Source: an uncultured virus (IMG/VR IMGVR_UViG_3300002835_000042) (taxonomy: Duplodnaviria; Heunggongvirae; Uroviricota; Caudoviricetes). From it: DNA of 56,514 nucleotides. Made by a program: the position numbers and the translations under genes. Shown here one piece after another: positions 1 through 10,713 of the stretch. Every line of letters begins with the position of its first letter. Position 1 is the stretch's first letter. The notes under the pieces were generated by a model that was not told the origin of the DNA, ran no database searches, and saw nothing but the letters and a program-made list of their open reading frames with translations. The stretch is from the IMG/VR virus record IMGVR_UViG_3300002835_000042; one strand, written 5' to 3'.

Positions 1-768
1 GGAGACGCTGCAAATGGAGTTATAAATGTGGTTGATTCAAACAATCAAGAGTTAAAGGTTTTTTCTACAAATGCTGACAATAGAATTTTTACAAATGAAA
101 ACAGAGTCGAAAGAAATGAAAGATGCAGATTTTTAAATAACATCGTTGCGATGAGGGGAGACACATCAACTCTCTCATACAACCCACAAGGAAGTATGGT
201 TGGATTAACTGGATCAGACTATATTGTATTAGATCCAACTTCTGTAGATTTTACTAAAAACAGTCCATTAGATGAACTTAGACTTGCGTTCTCTGTTGTA
301 AATCGGGTTCCTGGAACAAGCCTAGTGCCTGCAGCCGTTCCAGACAATGTAAAGATTTTGTTAGAGTTTTCTCACACTGGAACAGATGGAAATCTTCAGT
401 ATGCAAAATTTGTTGTAGACATTGATGATACTAACTATGCACAAGGAACATCAGAAAATGAACACAACTTTGCAAATAATAGATATGTTGTAGTAAACAG
501 AACCTTTCAAGAATTAGAAAAAACTTTAAGGTTTAAGTGGTCTGATGTTACAACAGCAAAAATTTATGCTTCTGTTAGAAAAGAAAATTTACTGTCAGAT
601 TCTTTTTATGTTTGTTTAGATGCTTTAAGAATTGAAAATACAACCTCTACAAACTCTTTATATGGACTAACTGGATACTCTGTAATTAAAAATATTAATG
701 CTAGGCCAGTAATTAAGTCATCTAATACAACCAACTACATAGAGTTTAGATTTGTTTTGGATGTTTAA
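1..768 (+). CDS. C-terminal part of a probable virion/tail-associated protein (5' truncated by the window)
   Basis: Frame is open from base 1; beta-rich composition; lies before the replication module. Confidence 0.5.
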   Translation, partial: GDAANGVINVVDSNNQELKVFSTNADNRIFTNENRVERNERCRFLNNIVAMRGDTSTLSYNPQGSMVGLTGSDYIVLDPTSVDFTKNSPLDELRLAFSVVNRVPGTSLVPAAVPDNVKILLEFSHTGTDGNLQYAKFVVDIDDTNYAQGTSENEHNFANNRYVVVNRTFQELEKTLRFKWSDVTTAKIYASVRKENLLSDSFYVCLDALRIENTTSTNSLYGLTGYSVIKNINARPVIKSSNTTNYIEFRFVLDV

Positions 769-770
769 AT

Positions 771-1208
771 ATGACAAATACACCAGATAAAGGGATCAAA
801 AATGTGGTTGTTAAGAAAGAATTCCTAGGTAAAGTAACAGGGTCTAATGCAACCATTGTAAGATTTCGGCTAGTATCAGAAGACAAAAATAGAAAATCTC
901 CATATTCTCAAATATTTGTCACAGAATCTGGAGAGGTATTTATAGGTATTGGAGATATAAATGTTGTGGGAAATACTGTATTTGTGAACTGGTCATCTGG
1001 AGATGTTTCTACACAAATAATGTATGATGTTTTTGTAGGGTTTGATTCTTCTGCGCCAGCATTTAGAGCAACAACTGGATCAACTAACTACTCGTTCTTA
1101 AAAACTGGAACAACCTCTGTTAGAGTCAGAGTTCAAGTATCTTCAATAAATCCAGCATTAAATGAAGACTTAAAGATTTACGACTCTGGAACGATTCCTC
1201 TGGTATAA
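771..1208 (+). CDS. hypothetical protein, possibly virion
   Basis: 145-aa ORF tightly packed after the previous gene. Confidence 0.55.
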   Translation: MTNTPDKGIKNVVVKKEFLGKVTGSNATIVRFRLVSEDKNRKSPYSQIFVTESGEVFIGIGDINVVGNTVFVNWSSGDVSTQIMYDVFVGFDSSAPAFRATTGSTNYSFLKTGTTSVRVRVQVSSINPALNEDLKIYDSGTIPLV

Positions 1209-1215
1209 TTATATT

Positions 1216-1659
1216 ATGGCAATCTTACCATTACCCGAAAGAGGACAACCACTAGACGTAACCTATCTTTACCAGATAGTTAAGGCTGTTAATGATCTTT
1301 CAACACAAGCATCAACATCTATATATAAGTATGTAACTGTAGACACACCTAATGCAGGAAAGCAAAGCGTTAAAACCTCAGAAGCAAGAATTATTGGAGG
1401 GTATGTTCAGGTAACATCTAGTTCTTCACAAACTGCTGGTTCCTCTCAACCTTTTACTTATAATTTCCCAAGCGAATTTAAATTTGCCCCAATTGTTACT
1501 GCAACCCCAATAAACATTGGAAATACTGATGCTGGAAAAGATGTTACAGTAACTTTATCAGCCATTACAACATCTGGAATTGCTGGAACAGTAAAGTTTA
1601 ATGTTGGCGGAGATACTTCTATAGGAGTTAATCTAATAATAGTTGGAATTCCTAACTGA
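1216..1659 (+). CDS. hypothetical protein, possibly minor tail protein
   Basis: 147-aa Ser/Thr-rich ORF; TATAAT at 1204-1209 lies 6 nt before the ATG. Confidence 0.55.
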   Translation: MAILPLPERGQPLDVTYLYQIVKAVNDLSTQASTSIYKYVTVDTPNAGKQSVKTSEARIIGGYVQVTSSSSQTAGSSQPFTYNFPSEFKFAPIVTATPINIGNTDAGKDVTVTLSAITTSGIAGTVKFNVGGDTSIGVNLIIVGIPN

Positions 1660-1850
1660 TGATTTTTTGTAAAAGATGTAAAGGTAGAATGTTTCTTGAT
1701 CGACAATATTCAGAAATCAATAATCTAGAAATGTATTGCATGTCTTGTGGAGCAAGAGCATTTTTCCATCCACCTAGTAATTCTCAGGAGGGCAAGTGGC
1801 TATTAAAAAGGGAACAATTGAGAGCGAAGGCTACAATGTCCTCCCTGTAA
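1659..1850 (+). CDS. small zinc-ribbon protein
   Basis: CKRC...CMSC motif; overlapping stop/start. Confidence 0.6.
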   Translation: MIFCKRCKGRMFLDRQYSEINNLEMYCMSCGARAFFHPPSNSQEGKWLLKREQLRAKATMSSL

Positions 1851-2338
1851 TCCCAGGGAATAAAAAGGTTTGGTTCTTAAACGGAGACTTAGTAAGGATA
1901 CATCATCTTAACAAGTCTAATGGAATAATGTCTGTTTATAATATAACAAAAGATCAAATTGAAAGTTGTTTAATTAGTGATTTTAAAAATAAAAGAGAGC
2001 GAGCCTACACCGTAGGTCAGACTGCTGATCTAGTTAATCGTCATAAAAAATATATGCCATCATTAATGAAACGAGGAGTCATTCCATTTCCAACGGGATC
2101 TCAAAAAGGTGGAGCAAGAGGATTTCAAGTAAGATCATATTATTCGGAATCTCAAGTAAGAGAGATTCGTGATATACTTGCTACATACCATATTGGTAGA
2201 CCAAGAAAAGATAAATTAATTACTAATGATATTACGCCTAGTAAGCAAGAGTTGACACGCAGAATGGGCGATGGTATACTTACATATACGAGAACAGAAG
2301 ATGGACGGTTTGTACCTATTTGGGGCGAATCTATTTAG
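1796..2338 (+). CDS. putative HTH (MerR-like) DNA-binding protein
   Basis: YTVGQTADLVNRH...RSYYSESQVREI resembles a MerR/excisionase-type HTH. Confidence 0.55.
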   Translation: MAIKKGTIESEGYNVLPVIPGNKKVWFLNGDLVRIHHLNKSNGIMSVYNITKDQIESCLISDFKNKRERAYTVGQTADLVNRHKKYMPSLMKRGVIPFPTGSQKGGARGFQVRSYYSESQVREIRDILATYHIGRPRKDKLITNDITPSKQELTRRMGDGILTYTRTEDGRFVPIWGESI

Positions 2339-2351
2339 CGAAGGGTATAGT

Positions 2352-2561
2352 ATGGAAAATGAAACAACAAAGGTATCTGTAACACTTGGGTACACATTAA
2401 ATCTAGGAAACTTTCAATCACTAAGACTTGACCTTGGAGTAGTTGACTCTAAGCGTGACGGAGAAAATACAGATCAGGCTTTTGAGCGTGTCTACAAATT
2501 TGTTGAAGACAAACTAACTGCCAAGATTTTAGAAGCACAAACCGAGGCTGAAGAGAAGTAA
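2352..2561 (+). CDS. conserved actinophage hypothetical protein
   Basis: VSVTLGYTLNLGNFQSLRLD; ATG at 2352. Confidence 0.6.
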   Translation: MENETTKVSVTLGYTLNLGNFQSLRLDLGVVDSKRDGENTDQAFERVYKFVEDKLTAKILEAQTEAEEK

Positions 2562-2869
2562 TGGCTGAACGCAAAGACCGTATGGCTTTGCTTTCAAGAT
2601 ACAGCAAGTATCATACCGCAAGGTACGAATCAAAGCCATCTCTGAACCTAAATGTAGAACAGTGGGCATCTGATGCTCTGATTGAGTCCTACACCTTGCC
2701 AGGATGTTACGATATACTTGAGTATTACTTTGCTGTTTCAGAAACCCCATCATGGAATTACTTTGCATATAATGCAGAAAAAATATTACAAGCAAAAAAA
2801 GATAGACTAAGGGATAGTCAAGAGAGAGCAGAGCGTAGACGAATGGCTAAGGAGTGGCTGAGTGAATAA
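2561..2869 (+). CDS. hypothetical protein upstream of helicase
   Basis: 102-aa ORF translationally coupled on both sides. Confidence 0.6.
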   Translation: MAERKDRMALLSRYSKYHTARYESKPSLNLNVEQWASDALIESYTLPGCYDILEYYFAVSETPSWNYFAYNAEKILQAKKDRLRDSQERAERRRMAKEWLSE

Positions 2870-4082
2870 CACAGAGTCAAAATTAATTACTGCCGTTCTT
2901 CAAGATAAGCAGATCCATGTTTTGCTACAGGCAAATGTAGATAACCTTCTTAGAACTCATGGCGATATATGGAACTTCGTAAGACTTTATTTTGAAAACA
3001 ATTCGTCTATGCCTCCTGTAGATTTAGTAAGAGAAAAGTTTCGTGACTTTGATCCAGTCCCAGGCGTTGGGGCAACAAAGCACCACCTTGAAGAGTTGCA
3101 AGGAGAGTATCTACGGGACAGCCTAAAAGACATACTAAGGTCTGCTGCGACAGATGTTCAACAGGGTGAGGGTGGCAAGGCCCTAGAGGGTCTTATTACA
3201 AAGACCTCAGAACTAAAAAAGAATACTGCTGCTATTCGTGATATTGATGTAACAGACCTAGAGTCTGCGATTGCTTACTTTGAAAATGTAAAGAAGCAAC
3301 AAGCCCTAGGACATGTTGGCATCAAAACTGGCTTGCCAGGATTTGACAACTACTTACCCTCTGGAATCATGCCAGGGCAGTTAGGAGTCTTCTTGGCATA
3401 CCCAGGTATCGGAAAGTCGTGGTTGGCTCTCTATTTCGCTGTACAGGCCTGGAAACAGGGTCGTAGCCCACTGGTCATAAGCCTTGAAATGAGCGAAACG
3501 GAAGTCCGCAATCGTGTCTTTACTATTATGGGTGAGGGTCGCTGGTCACACAGAAAGTTGAGTAACGGAGAGATAGAGTTGGACATGCTTAAGGATTGGC
3601 ATGAAAAAAATCTACAGGGCAAACCAGAGTTTCACATTATCTCAAATGATCAGGGTGGAGAAATCAACCCTTCTGTTCTTCGTGGAAAAATTGACCAGTA
3701 TAAGCCAGACTTTGTAATCGTTGACTACCTTCAGTTGATGGCCCCTAATCAGAAGTCAGAAAATGAAACGGTACGAATGAAGAACCTTTCAAGAGAACTA
3801 AAACTAATGGCTATCGGCGAAGAGGTTCCTATTATTGCTATCTCTTCTGCTACCCCAGATGATGTCAATGACTTGTCTACCGTCCCTACACTGGGCCAGA
3901 CAGCATGGTCTAGACAGATTGCCTACGATGCAGACTGGGTGTTGGCACTTGGTCGTGGGACGAATAGCGATATTATTGAATGTGCCTTTAGAAAGAATCG
4001 TAACGGATTTATGGGAGACTTCCTAGTTCAGTGCGATTTTGACAAGGGATACTACAGGTATAAAGACTATGAAGATAAGTAG
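2862..4082 (+). CDS. dnaB: DnaB-like replicative helicase
   Basis: Walker A AYPGIGKS, SLEMS, Walker B VIVDYLQLM, KNRNG motif. Confidence 0.93.
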   Translation: MNNTESKLITAVLQDKQIHVLLQANVDNLLRTHGDIWNFVRLYFENNSSMPPVDLVREKFRDFDPVPGVGATKHHLEELQGEYLRDSLKDILRSAATDVQQGEGGKALEGLITKTSELKKNTAAIRDIDVTDLESAIAYFENVKKQQALGHVGIKTGLPGFDNYLPSGIMPGQLGVFLAYPGIGKSWLALYFAVQAWKQGRSPLVISLEMSETEVRNRVFTIMGEGRWSHRKLSNGEIELDMLKDWHEKNLQGKPEFHIISNDQGGEINPSVLRGKIDQYKPDFVIVDYLQLMAPNQKSENETVRMKNLSRELKLMAIGEEVPIIAISSATPDDVNDLSTVPTLGQTAWSRQIAYDADWVLALGRGTNSDIIECAFRKNRNGFMGDFLVQCDFDKGYYRYKDYEDK

Positions 4083-4094
4083 TTATAATATGGT

Positions 4095-4466
4095 ATGTCA
4101 CAAACCAAGGAGAACATACCTCCAGATTTCTATCATCATAAGCCACTTAAAAGATTTTATATAAGTGGCATAATCCAAGACGAGGCTTTGCTCGGAAGAT
4201 TAAAAATAGAATATGTAAGATTACTAGTTTCAGAGATGAGGTTAAGTGGGTATGTTCCAAGAATTGACATTGACCCAGACTTCACTTTGCGGTATAATGA
4301 TAGTAAAGACTTTTTTGAATTTGAATTATCAGTACACGGAGTTTACGCAGGGAAAAGGAAAAGCGAATGGATAGCAGGAATAGACGGAACCAACCTAGTC
4401 CCTATACAGCCGAGCAAGTCAAAAGAGTCCTTACAGGATCAGGCACAACAGTCGAGTCAGAACTAG
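4095..4466 (+). CDS. hypothetical protein
   Basis: 123-aa ORF; TATAAT at 4084. Confidence 0.55.
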   Translation: MSQTKENIPPDFYHHKPLKRFYISGIIQDEALLGRLKIEYVRLLVSEMRLSGYVPRIDIDPDFTLRYNDSKDFFEFELSVHGVYAGKRKSEWIAGIDGTNLVPIQPSKSKESLQDQAQQSSQN

Positions 4467-5311
4467 ATGCAGACTTTATAATATTCTGTCCATTTCACAA
4501 TAATCATAGAACCCCAGCAGCAGAAGTACACAAAACCAACGGAATGTTCTTTTGTTTCTCATGTCAAAAATCTGCAGACCTAATAGAATTAGTAATGCAC
4601 ACCTCTGGCAGAACATATTTTGAGGCAGCAAGGTTTATAAAGAGTAAAGAAAAGGCAAGCAATCTTGCTACAGAAATTGATCGTGCTCTTATTAAAGAAG
4701 AGCAGTACAAGCCATTTGACGAACTAATTATAAAAAGACTTCACAACAACCTTGTTGCATCTGATAGAGCCAAAAATTATTTTCAGTATCGTAAATTAAC
4801 TAAGCAGTCTTGTGTTAAATTTTCTTTAGGATATTCTGAAAAGCAAGATATGGTTACTGTCCCAGTTCATAGTCCAGACGGCATACCACTTGGTTTTGTT
4901 GGAAGATCCATTGAGGGCAAAGACTTTAAAAATACTCCAGGCTTGCCTAAAAGTAAAACTCTTTTTAACTTGCATCGTGTAAAGAAATCTGATATAGTAT
5001 ATGTAGTAGAGTCTTCATTCGACGTAATTAGACTTGACCAATTAGACATCCCCGCAGTGGCAACACTTGGGGCCAATGTCTCAGGCAAACAAATAGAATT
5101 GCTTCAGAAGTATTTCAATAACATTCTTGTTATTGCTGATAACGATGAGGCAGGAGGAAACATGAAAAACAGGATAATTGAAAAACTTGGTTCTCGTGTT
5201 TCTGTTATACAACTAAATAAACAATATAAAGACATAGGCGATATGCCAGATGAAGAAATTAGAAGTTTAAAGTCTTCATTTGACAAAACCATAGAGTCTA
5301 TGCTAAACTAA
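4367..5311 (+). CDS. dnaG: DNA primase (zinc finger + TOPRIM)
   Basis: CPFH...CFSC zinc finger, VVESSFD, DNDEAG TOPRIM, KDIGD. Confidence 0.92.
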   Translation: MDSRNRRNQPSPYTAEQVKRVLTGSGTTVESELDADFIIFCPFHNNHRTPAAEVHKTNGMFFCFSCQKSADLIELVMHTSGRTYFEAARFIKSKEKASNLATEIDRALIKEEQYKPFDELIIKRLHNNLVASDRAKNYFQYRKLTKQSCVKFSLGYSEKQDMVTVPVHSPDGIPLGFVGRSIEGKDFKNTPGLPKSKTLFNLHRVKKSDIVYVVESSFDVIRLDQLDIPAVATLGANVSGKQIELLQKYFNNILVIADNDEAGGNMKNRIIEKLGSRVSVIQLNKQYKDIGDMPDEEIRSLKSSFDKTIESMLN

Positions 5312-5336
5312 TACAAACACACAAAGGAGAAATAAT

Positions 5337-5993
5337 ATGAGCATTGTAAAGGGAATCAAGAACATCAACGCCCTGCTCGATAGACCAAAGTATGAAAACG
5401 ACGGGCCAAAAGTAAAGTGGCTCAAACTAGCAGATGGACAATCTGTCAAGATTCGCTTCATTGAAGAACTTGACGAAGACTCTGCAAACTATAATGAAAA
5501 GCGTGGCCTAGCACTTGTTGTTAAGGAGCACGTCAATCCAAAGGACTATAAGCGTAAGGCTGTAGACACAATGGAGTCAGAAGGCCGTGACTGGGCAGAA
5601 GAGATGCACCGTAAAGATCCAAAGGCTGGATGGCGTGGCCGTCTTCGCTTTTACTGCAACGTTCTAGTTGACGATGGCATTGAAGCACCATATGTTGCGA
5701 TCTGGTCAATGGGTATTAGCAAGCAATCATCATTCAATACAATTCGTGAGTATGCTCTTGAAACAGGAAGCATCTCAAACGTAGTATGGAAGTTAAAGCG
5801 TAATGGTCAGGGAACTGAAACCAATTACACACTTATTCCATCAGCACCAGATAAGGAACCTTTCGACTGGAAAGATATTGAGCCTTATCCTTTGGAGTCA
5901 GCACTAAAGAAGATTCCATATGCGGAACAAGAAGCGTTCTACCTGGGCTTTGACGGCCCTTCAGTAACTTCATCTACCAACGCTGATTGGTAA
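5337..5993 (+). CDS. single-stranded DNA-binding protein (gp32-like)
   Basis: Between primase and polymerase; KIRF...LKRNGQGTETNY pattern; strong AAGGAG RBS. Confidence 0.7.
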   Translation: MSIVKGIKNINALLDRPKYENDGPKVKWLKLADGQSVKIRFIEELDEDSANYNEKRGLALVVKEHVNPKDYKRKAVDTMESEGRDWAEEMHRKDPKAGWRGRLRFYCNVLVDDGIEAPYVAIWSMGISKQSSFNTIREYALETGSISNVVWKLKRNGQGTETNYTLIPSAPDKEPFDWKDIEPYPLESALKKIPYAEQEAFYLGFDGPSVTSSTNADW

Positions 5994-5994
5994 G

Positions 5995-8900
5995 ATGAAC
6001 TACGTAGGCTTACATGTCCATACCCATTTCAGTTTGTTTGATGGGATTGCTACTCCAGAAGAATACGTGAACCGTGCAGTTGAGTTGGGGATGCCAGCAA
6101 TTGCTATCACTGACCACGGTACTTTATCTGGGCATAGGGAACTGCACCGTATTGCAAAAGCAAAGGGCATAAAGCCAATTCTTGGGCTAGAGGGATACAT
6201 GTGTGCAGACATATCTGATACACGAGATAAGTCTGAAAGAGAAGGTCAACAAGATCTTGTCTATAATCACATTATCCTTCTAGCCAAGAATCAAATTGGT
6301 TTAGAAAACCTGAACAAGATTAGTGAACTATCTTGGACAGATGGTTTTTTTAAGAAGCCAAGGTTTGACTTTACTATTTTAGAAAAATATAAAGAGGGAA
6401 TTATTGTTACCTCTGCTTGCCCAAGTAGCGTACTTGTAAAGGCATTGGAAGAAGAAGAGTTTGCTCTTGCCAAAAAGTATATATCTTGGTTTAAAGAACG
6501 GTTTGAAGATGACTACTATATTGAAGTCATGCCTCATAACGAAGCCCACATCAATAAATATTTAATTGAACTTGCAGATGAGTTTGGAATTAAAGTAGTT
6601 GTAACGCCTGACTGCCACCATGTTGACTCATCTCAAAAAGAAGTTCAAGAGTTTAAGTTGCTCATGAACACACACGGCAAGTTTGTAAAAGATGCAACAT
6701 ATGAGAAGTCAAAGAAAAAAGGCAGCATGATGGAACGCCTTGACTACCTCTATGGAGAAGATCGTCAGATAACATTTAATAAGTTTGATATCCACCTACT
6801 CTCATATGAAGAGATTAAAGCAGCGATGGAATCGCAGGGGATTGATCGACCTGACATCTACTCAAATACACTACTACTAGCAGATACAGTAGGAGACTAT
6901 GGAATTCAAGAAGGATTAAACCTTCTACCAGTACAGTACAAGAGTCCTGATAAAGAACTTGCAAAGGTTGCACTAGAAGGTTTGGTAGAGCGTGGTTTGT
7001 CAGAAAACCAAGAGTACCTTGATAGACTTGAAGAAGAGTTACAGATTATTAAAGACAAAAAGTTTGCACCATATTTTCTTGTTGTAAGCAATATGATTAA
7101 CTGGGCAAAAAAAGAAGAGATTTTGGTTGGTCCAGGCAGAGGTTCTTCTGCTGGTTCTCTTGTTTGTTATGCTTTAGGAATTACAGATATTGACCCCATT
7201 GAGCATAATCTTTTGTTCTTCCGATTTATTAATCCAGAGCGTAATGACTTTCCAGATATTGATACAGACATTCAAGATACTCGTCGTGAAGAAGTAAAAG
7301 ACTATCTAGTTAGACAGTATCGACATGTTGCTTCCATTGCCACCTTCCTTGAGTTTACTGGTAAAGGAATTGTTAGAGATGTTGCACGAGTTTTAAACAT
7401 CCCTTTGTCAGATGTTAATAAGGTATTAAAGACTGTAGACTCGTGGGATGATTTCTGTACATCAAAATCAACATATGAGTTTCGTGAAAAATATCCAGAA
7501 GTAGAGATTTATGGAGAGCAACTTCGTGGTCGTATTCGTGGTACAGGTATTCACGCAGCAGGCGTAGTAACAAGCAAAGAACCAATCTTTAGATACGCAC
7601 CACTTGAAACTAGATCGTCTACTGGTTCTGATGAAAGAATTCCTGTTGTTGGCGTTGACATGGAAGAAGCAGAAAGAATTGGTTTAATTAAAATTGATGC
7701 TCTTGGACTTAAAACTTTGTCAGTTCTTAAAGACACAATTGATATAATTAAAGAGCGAGATGGTAAAAAGATAAACCTTCTTAAGATTAAAATGGATGAT
7801 GCCAATGTTTATCAAATGCTTTCTGATGGCCACACAAAGGGGGTGTTTCAGTGTGAAGCAGCACCATACACAAACCTTCTTGTTAAGATGGGCGTTAAAA
7901 ATTTGAATGAACTTGCAGCATCCAATGCCCTTGTCCGTCCAGGTGCAATGAATACAATTGGAAAAGATTATGTTGATCGTAAGCATGGTCGTCAGAATAT
8001 ATCTTATACACACCAAGTACTAAAGGAATTTACGGAGGACACCTATGGCTGTATTCTTTACCAGGAACAAGTTATGCAAGCATGCGTACACCTTGGCGGT
8101 ATGTCCATGTCGGAAGCAGATAAAGTTAGAAAGATCATTGGAAAGAAAAAGGATGCTAAAGAATTTGATCAGTTTAAGGAAAAATTTGTAGAGGGTGCAT
8201 CCAAGTACATTACACCACATGCTGCTCTAGATTTGTGGCATGACTTTGAGGCCCACGCAGGGTATTCATTTAACAAGTCTCACGCAGTAGCATATTCAAC
8301 TCTGTCATACTGGACAGCATGGTTAAAGTATTATTATCCACTTGAATTTATGTACTCAGTGCTAAAAAATGAAAAGGATAAAGATGCAAGAACTGAATAT
8401 CTTATTGAAGCAAAAAGAATGGGCATTAGCGTTAAGTTACCTCACATTAACGATTCGGATATTGATTTTAAAATTGAGGGTAAGGGTATTCGGTTTGGGC
8501 TCACTGCTATCAAGTTCATATCTGACAAAATTGCAGAAAGATATATTGCAGCACGACCATTTAGTTCTTACAAAGAACTTGAAGAGTTTACTTTTACAAA
8601 GGGTAATGGAGTAAACTCTAGGGCACTTCAGGCACTGAAGGCTATTGGTGCTGCAACATTTCCAGATAATCCAAGGGATGATAAGGCAATCAAAGAAAAT
8701 CTTTATGAGTTTTTAAACCTTCCAGAGTTTAATATTACTATTCCTTCTCACTACTATGCATTCATTCAGGACATTGTTGACTTTGAAGAAAAAGGCTCAT
8801 ACATTTTTATGGGTATGGTAAAATCTATTAAAAGGGGAACAGGATGGTCACGAGTTGAAATTTTGGACAAGACTGGGTCTGTCGGTATATTTGATGATGA

Positions 8901-9270
8901 AAATACCGCTATTGAGACGGGTCGTTCTTATTTGGTTCTTTGTAATGATAATCGGATTGTATCTTTCATACCATCTGAAGAAATAAAAGAATCATCGCAT
9001 GCTCTTGTAAAGTTTTTAGGATACAAGCAATTGCCATTTAAAGATGATGAAATGTTTGTGGTTTCTTTTAAACCAAGAGTTACTAAGGCTGGAAAGAAAA
9101 TGGCGTCGCTTACACTGGCAGACACAAAGAGAGATCTTCATTCGATTACAGTGTTTCCAACATCATTTCCAAAAGCATACATGCATATTGAAGAAGGAAA
9201 GTATTACAAGTTTGATTTTGGCAAGACTAAAGACGGAACCGTAACATTGGAGGATGTACATGTCAGTTAG
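5995..9270 (+). CDS. dnaE: DNA polymerase III alpha subunit
   Basis: PHP domain HVHTHFS/TDHG, GRGSSAGS, PDIDTD catalytic motif, GYSFNKSH. Confidence 0.97.
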   Translation: MNYVGLHVHTHFSLFDGIATPEEYVNRAVELGMPAIAITDHGTLSGHRELHRIAKAKGIKPILGLEGYMCADISDTRDKSEREGQQDLVYNHIILLAKNQIGLENLNKISELSWTDGFFKKPRFDFTILEKYKEGIIVTSACPSSVLVKALEEEEFALAKKYISWFKERFEDDYYIEVMPHNEAHINKYLIELADEFGIKVVVTPDCHHVDSSQKEVQEFKLLMNTHGKFVKDATYEKSKKKGSMMERLDYLYGEDRQITFNKFDIHLLSYEEIKAAMESQGIDRPDIYSNTLLLADTVGDYGIQEGLNLLPVQYKSPDKELAKVALEGLVERGLSENQEYLDRLEEELQIIKDKKFAPYFLVVSNMINWAKKEEILVGPGRGSSAGSLVCYALGITDIDPIEHNLLFFRFINPERNDFPDIDTDIQDTRREEVKDYLVRQYRHVASIATFLEFTGKGIVRDVARVLNIPLSDVNKVLKTVDSWDDFCTSKSTYEFREKYPEVEIYGEQLRGRIRGTGIHAAGVVTSKEPIFRYAPLETRSSTGSDERIPVVGVDMEEAERIGLIKIDALGLKTLSVLKDTIDIIKERDGKKINLLKIKMDDANVYQMLSDGHTKGVFQCEAAPYTNLLVKMGVKNLNELAASNALVRPGAMNTIGKDYVDRKHGRQNISYTHQVLKEFTEDTYGCILYQEQVMQACVHLGGMSMSEADKVRKIIGKKKDAKEFDQFKEKFVEGASKYITPHAALDLWHDFEAHAGYSFNKSHAVAYSTLSYWTAWLKYYYPLEFMYSVLKNEKDKDARTEYLIEAKRMGISVKLPHINDSDIDFKIEGKGIRFGLTAIKFISDKIAERYIAARPFSSYKELEEFTFTKGNGVNSRALQALKAIGAATFPDNPRDDKAIKENLYEFLNLPEFNITIPSHYYAFIQDIVDFEEKGSYIFMGMVKSIKRGTGWSRVEILDKTGSVGIFDDENTAIETGRSYLVLCNDNRIVSFIPSEEIKESSHALVKFLGYKQLPFKDDEMFVVSFKPRVTKAGKKMASLTLADTKRDLHSITVFPTSFPKAYMHIEEGKYYKFDFGKTKDGTVTLEDVHVS

Positions 9271-10270
9271 TATAGAAGAAGCGTTAGCACAGTTAGACCC
9301 CAAGTTAAGAAAAAGATTGGGCAGTGGTGTAGGTATCAACTATGAGTATCAGCCCACACCAAGTTTTGGTTTAAACCGTGCCCTTGGCGGTGGACTTCCT
9401 TACGGCAGACAGGTACTTATCTGGGGATCTAAGTCCTCTGCAAAGTCTTCTATGTGTCTTCAAATGATTGCTCTTGCTCAAGCAGAAGGCAAGTTGTGTG
9501 CGTGGATTGACTCAGAGATGTCATATTCAGAAGACTGGGCCAGAACTCTTGGGGTAGATCCAGAGAAACTAATCTACTCACAAGCAAGAACTATTAGCGA
9601 CATGGTAGACGTAGGTGTCGGATTAATGAATGCTGGAGTTGATCTAATTGTGGTAGACTCTATTACATCAATGCTTCCTGCAATCTATTTTGAAAAAGAT
9701 ACAGATGAAATGAAAGCATTAGAAAACACTAAACAGATTGGAGCCGAATCTCGTGACTTTAGTAACGCATGGAAAATGCTTAACTATGCAAACAATAAAG
9801 TTAAGCCAACTCTGCTTGTTCTTATTTCTCAGTCTCGTAACAATATCAATGCTATGTATACTAGCCAGCAGCCTTCTGGTGGTCAGGCTACTAAGTTTTA
9901 TTCCTCATGTATTATTAAACTCTTTTCTTCAGAGTCAGACAATCAAGCGATTAAGGGCAAGATCAAGGTAGGAGATAAATTAATTGAAGAAAAAATTGGT
10001 AGAACTATTAAGTGGGAACTCCAATTCTCCAAAACCTCTCCAGGGTTCCAGTCTGGTGAGTATGATTTTTACTTTAGAGGTGACGATATTGGTCTTGATA
10101 CCATTGGTGATCTGGTTACTACAGCAGAACTAAACGGTATTGTAGAGCGTACAGGAGCATGGTACATACTTCCTGATGGCACAAAAGTTCAGGGTAAAGA
10201 AGCATTTGTTAATCGAGTAAGAGAGGATCTTGACTTGCAAGAATCAATTAAGTCTAGGTTAAATGACTAA
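9260..10270 (+). CDS. recA: RecA/UvsX-like recombinase
   Basis: LGGGLPYGR, GSKSSAKS P-loop, IVVDS, GGQATKFYS, GAWY. Confidence 0.9.
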   Translation: MSVSIEEALAQLDPKLRKRLGSGVGINYEYQPTPSFGLNRALGGGLPYGRQVLIWGSKSSAKSSMCLQMIALAQAEGKLCAWIDSEMSYSEDWARTLGVDPEKLIYSQARTISDMVDVGVGLMNAGVDLIVVDSITSMLPAIYFEKDTDEMKALENTKQIGAESRDFSNAWKMLNYANNKVKPTLLVLISQSRNNINAMYTSQQPSGGQATKFYSSCIIKLFSSESDNQAIKGKIKVGDKLIEEKIGRTIKWELQFSKTSPGFQSGEYDFYFRGDDIGLDTIGDLVTTAELNGIVERTGAWYILPDGTKVQGKEAFVNRVREDLDLQESIKSRLND

Positions 10271-10439
10271 CTACAGCATATACGAAGGAAAGTTTCCTTG
10301 TAAGACTTGCAAAAAAGAAGTAAAAACCATGAGGGTTTATATGGAAACTGGTATGGCGTCTTGGATGTGCTCAGAAAAACATTTATCAGAAGTAATGTTA
10401 TTTAAAAAAGGATATAAGAAAGTAAAAAAAGATGACTGA
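10263..10439 (+). CDS. small Zn-binding hypothetical protein (58 aa, not in the ORF track)
   Basis: MTNYSIYEGKFPCKTC...WMCSEKH fills the gap between recA and the resolvase. Confidence 0.6.
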   Translation: MTNYSIYEGKFPCKTCKKEVKTMRVYMETGMASWMCSEKHLSEVMLFKKGYKKVKKDD

Positions 10440-10713
10440 GAAAAGCGAAAGCAAAAGAATTGGTGCCAAACAGCACAAGAATTCTGGACGCAATACCCAA
10501 AAAGGCGATGCTTCCTGGAAAACTTTTGTCGTAGACTTTAAAGAAGTTGGAAAATCTTTTACCTTAAATAAAGAGGTTTGGGCTAAGGCTACTACGGATG
10601 CCATGAAAAATGGCAAGGATCCAGCCATCGTAGTCGTAATCGGCGAGGGTAATGCCAAGGTAAGACTTGCTATAATTGAGATGAGCATACTAGAAGACAT
10701 GATGGAGGAATAA
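10432..10713 (+). CDS. PD-(D/E)XK Holliday junction resolvase-like protein
   Basis: NSG...KGD...VDFK pattern; context next to recA. Confidence 0.65.
   Translation: MTEKSESKRIGAKQHKNSGRNTQKGDASWKTFVVDFKEVGKSFTLNKEVWAKATTDAMKNGKDPAIVVVIGEGNAKVRLAIIEMSILEDMMEE

Noticed and set aside
9261..9282. TGTCAG at the recA start (also at 52229-52234 and 42685-42690) as PafBC promoters
   Set aside because: No TANNNT at the 10-nt spacing; the first two are simply ATG-TCA-G codons
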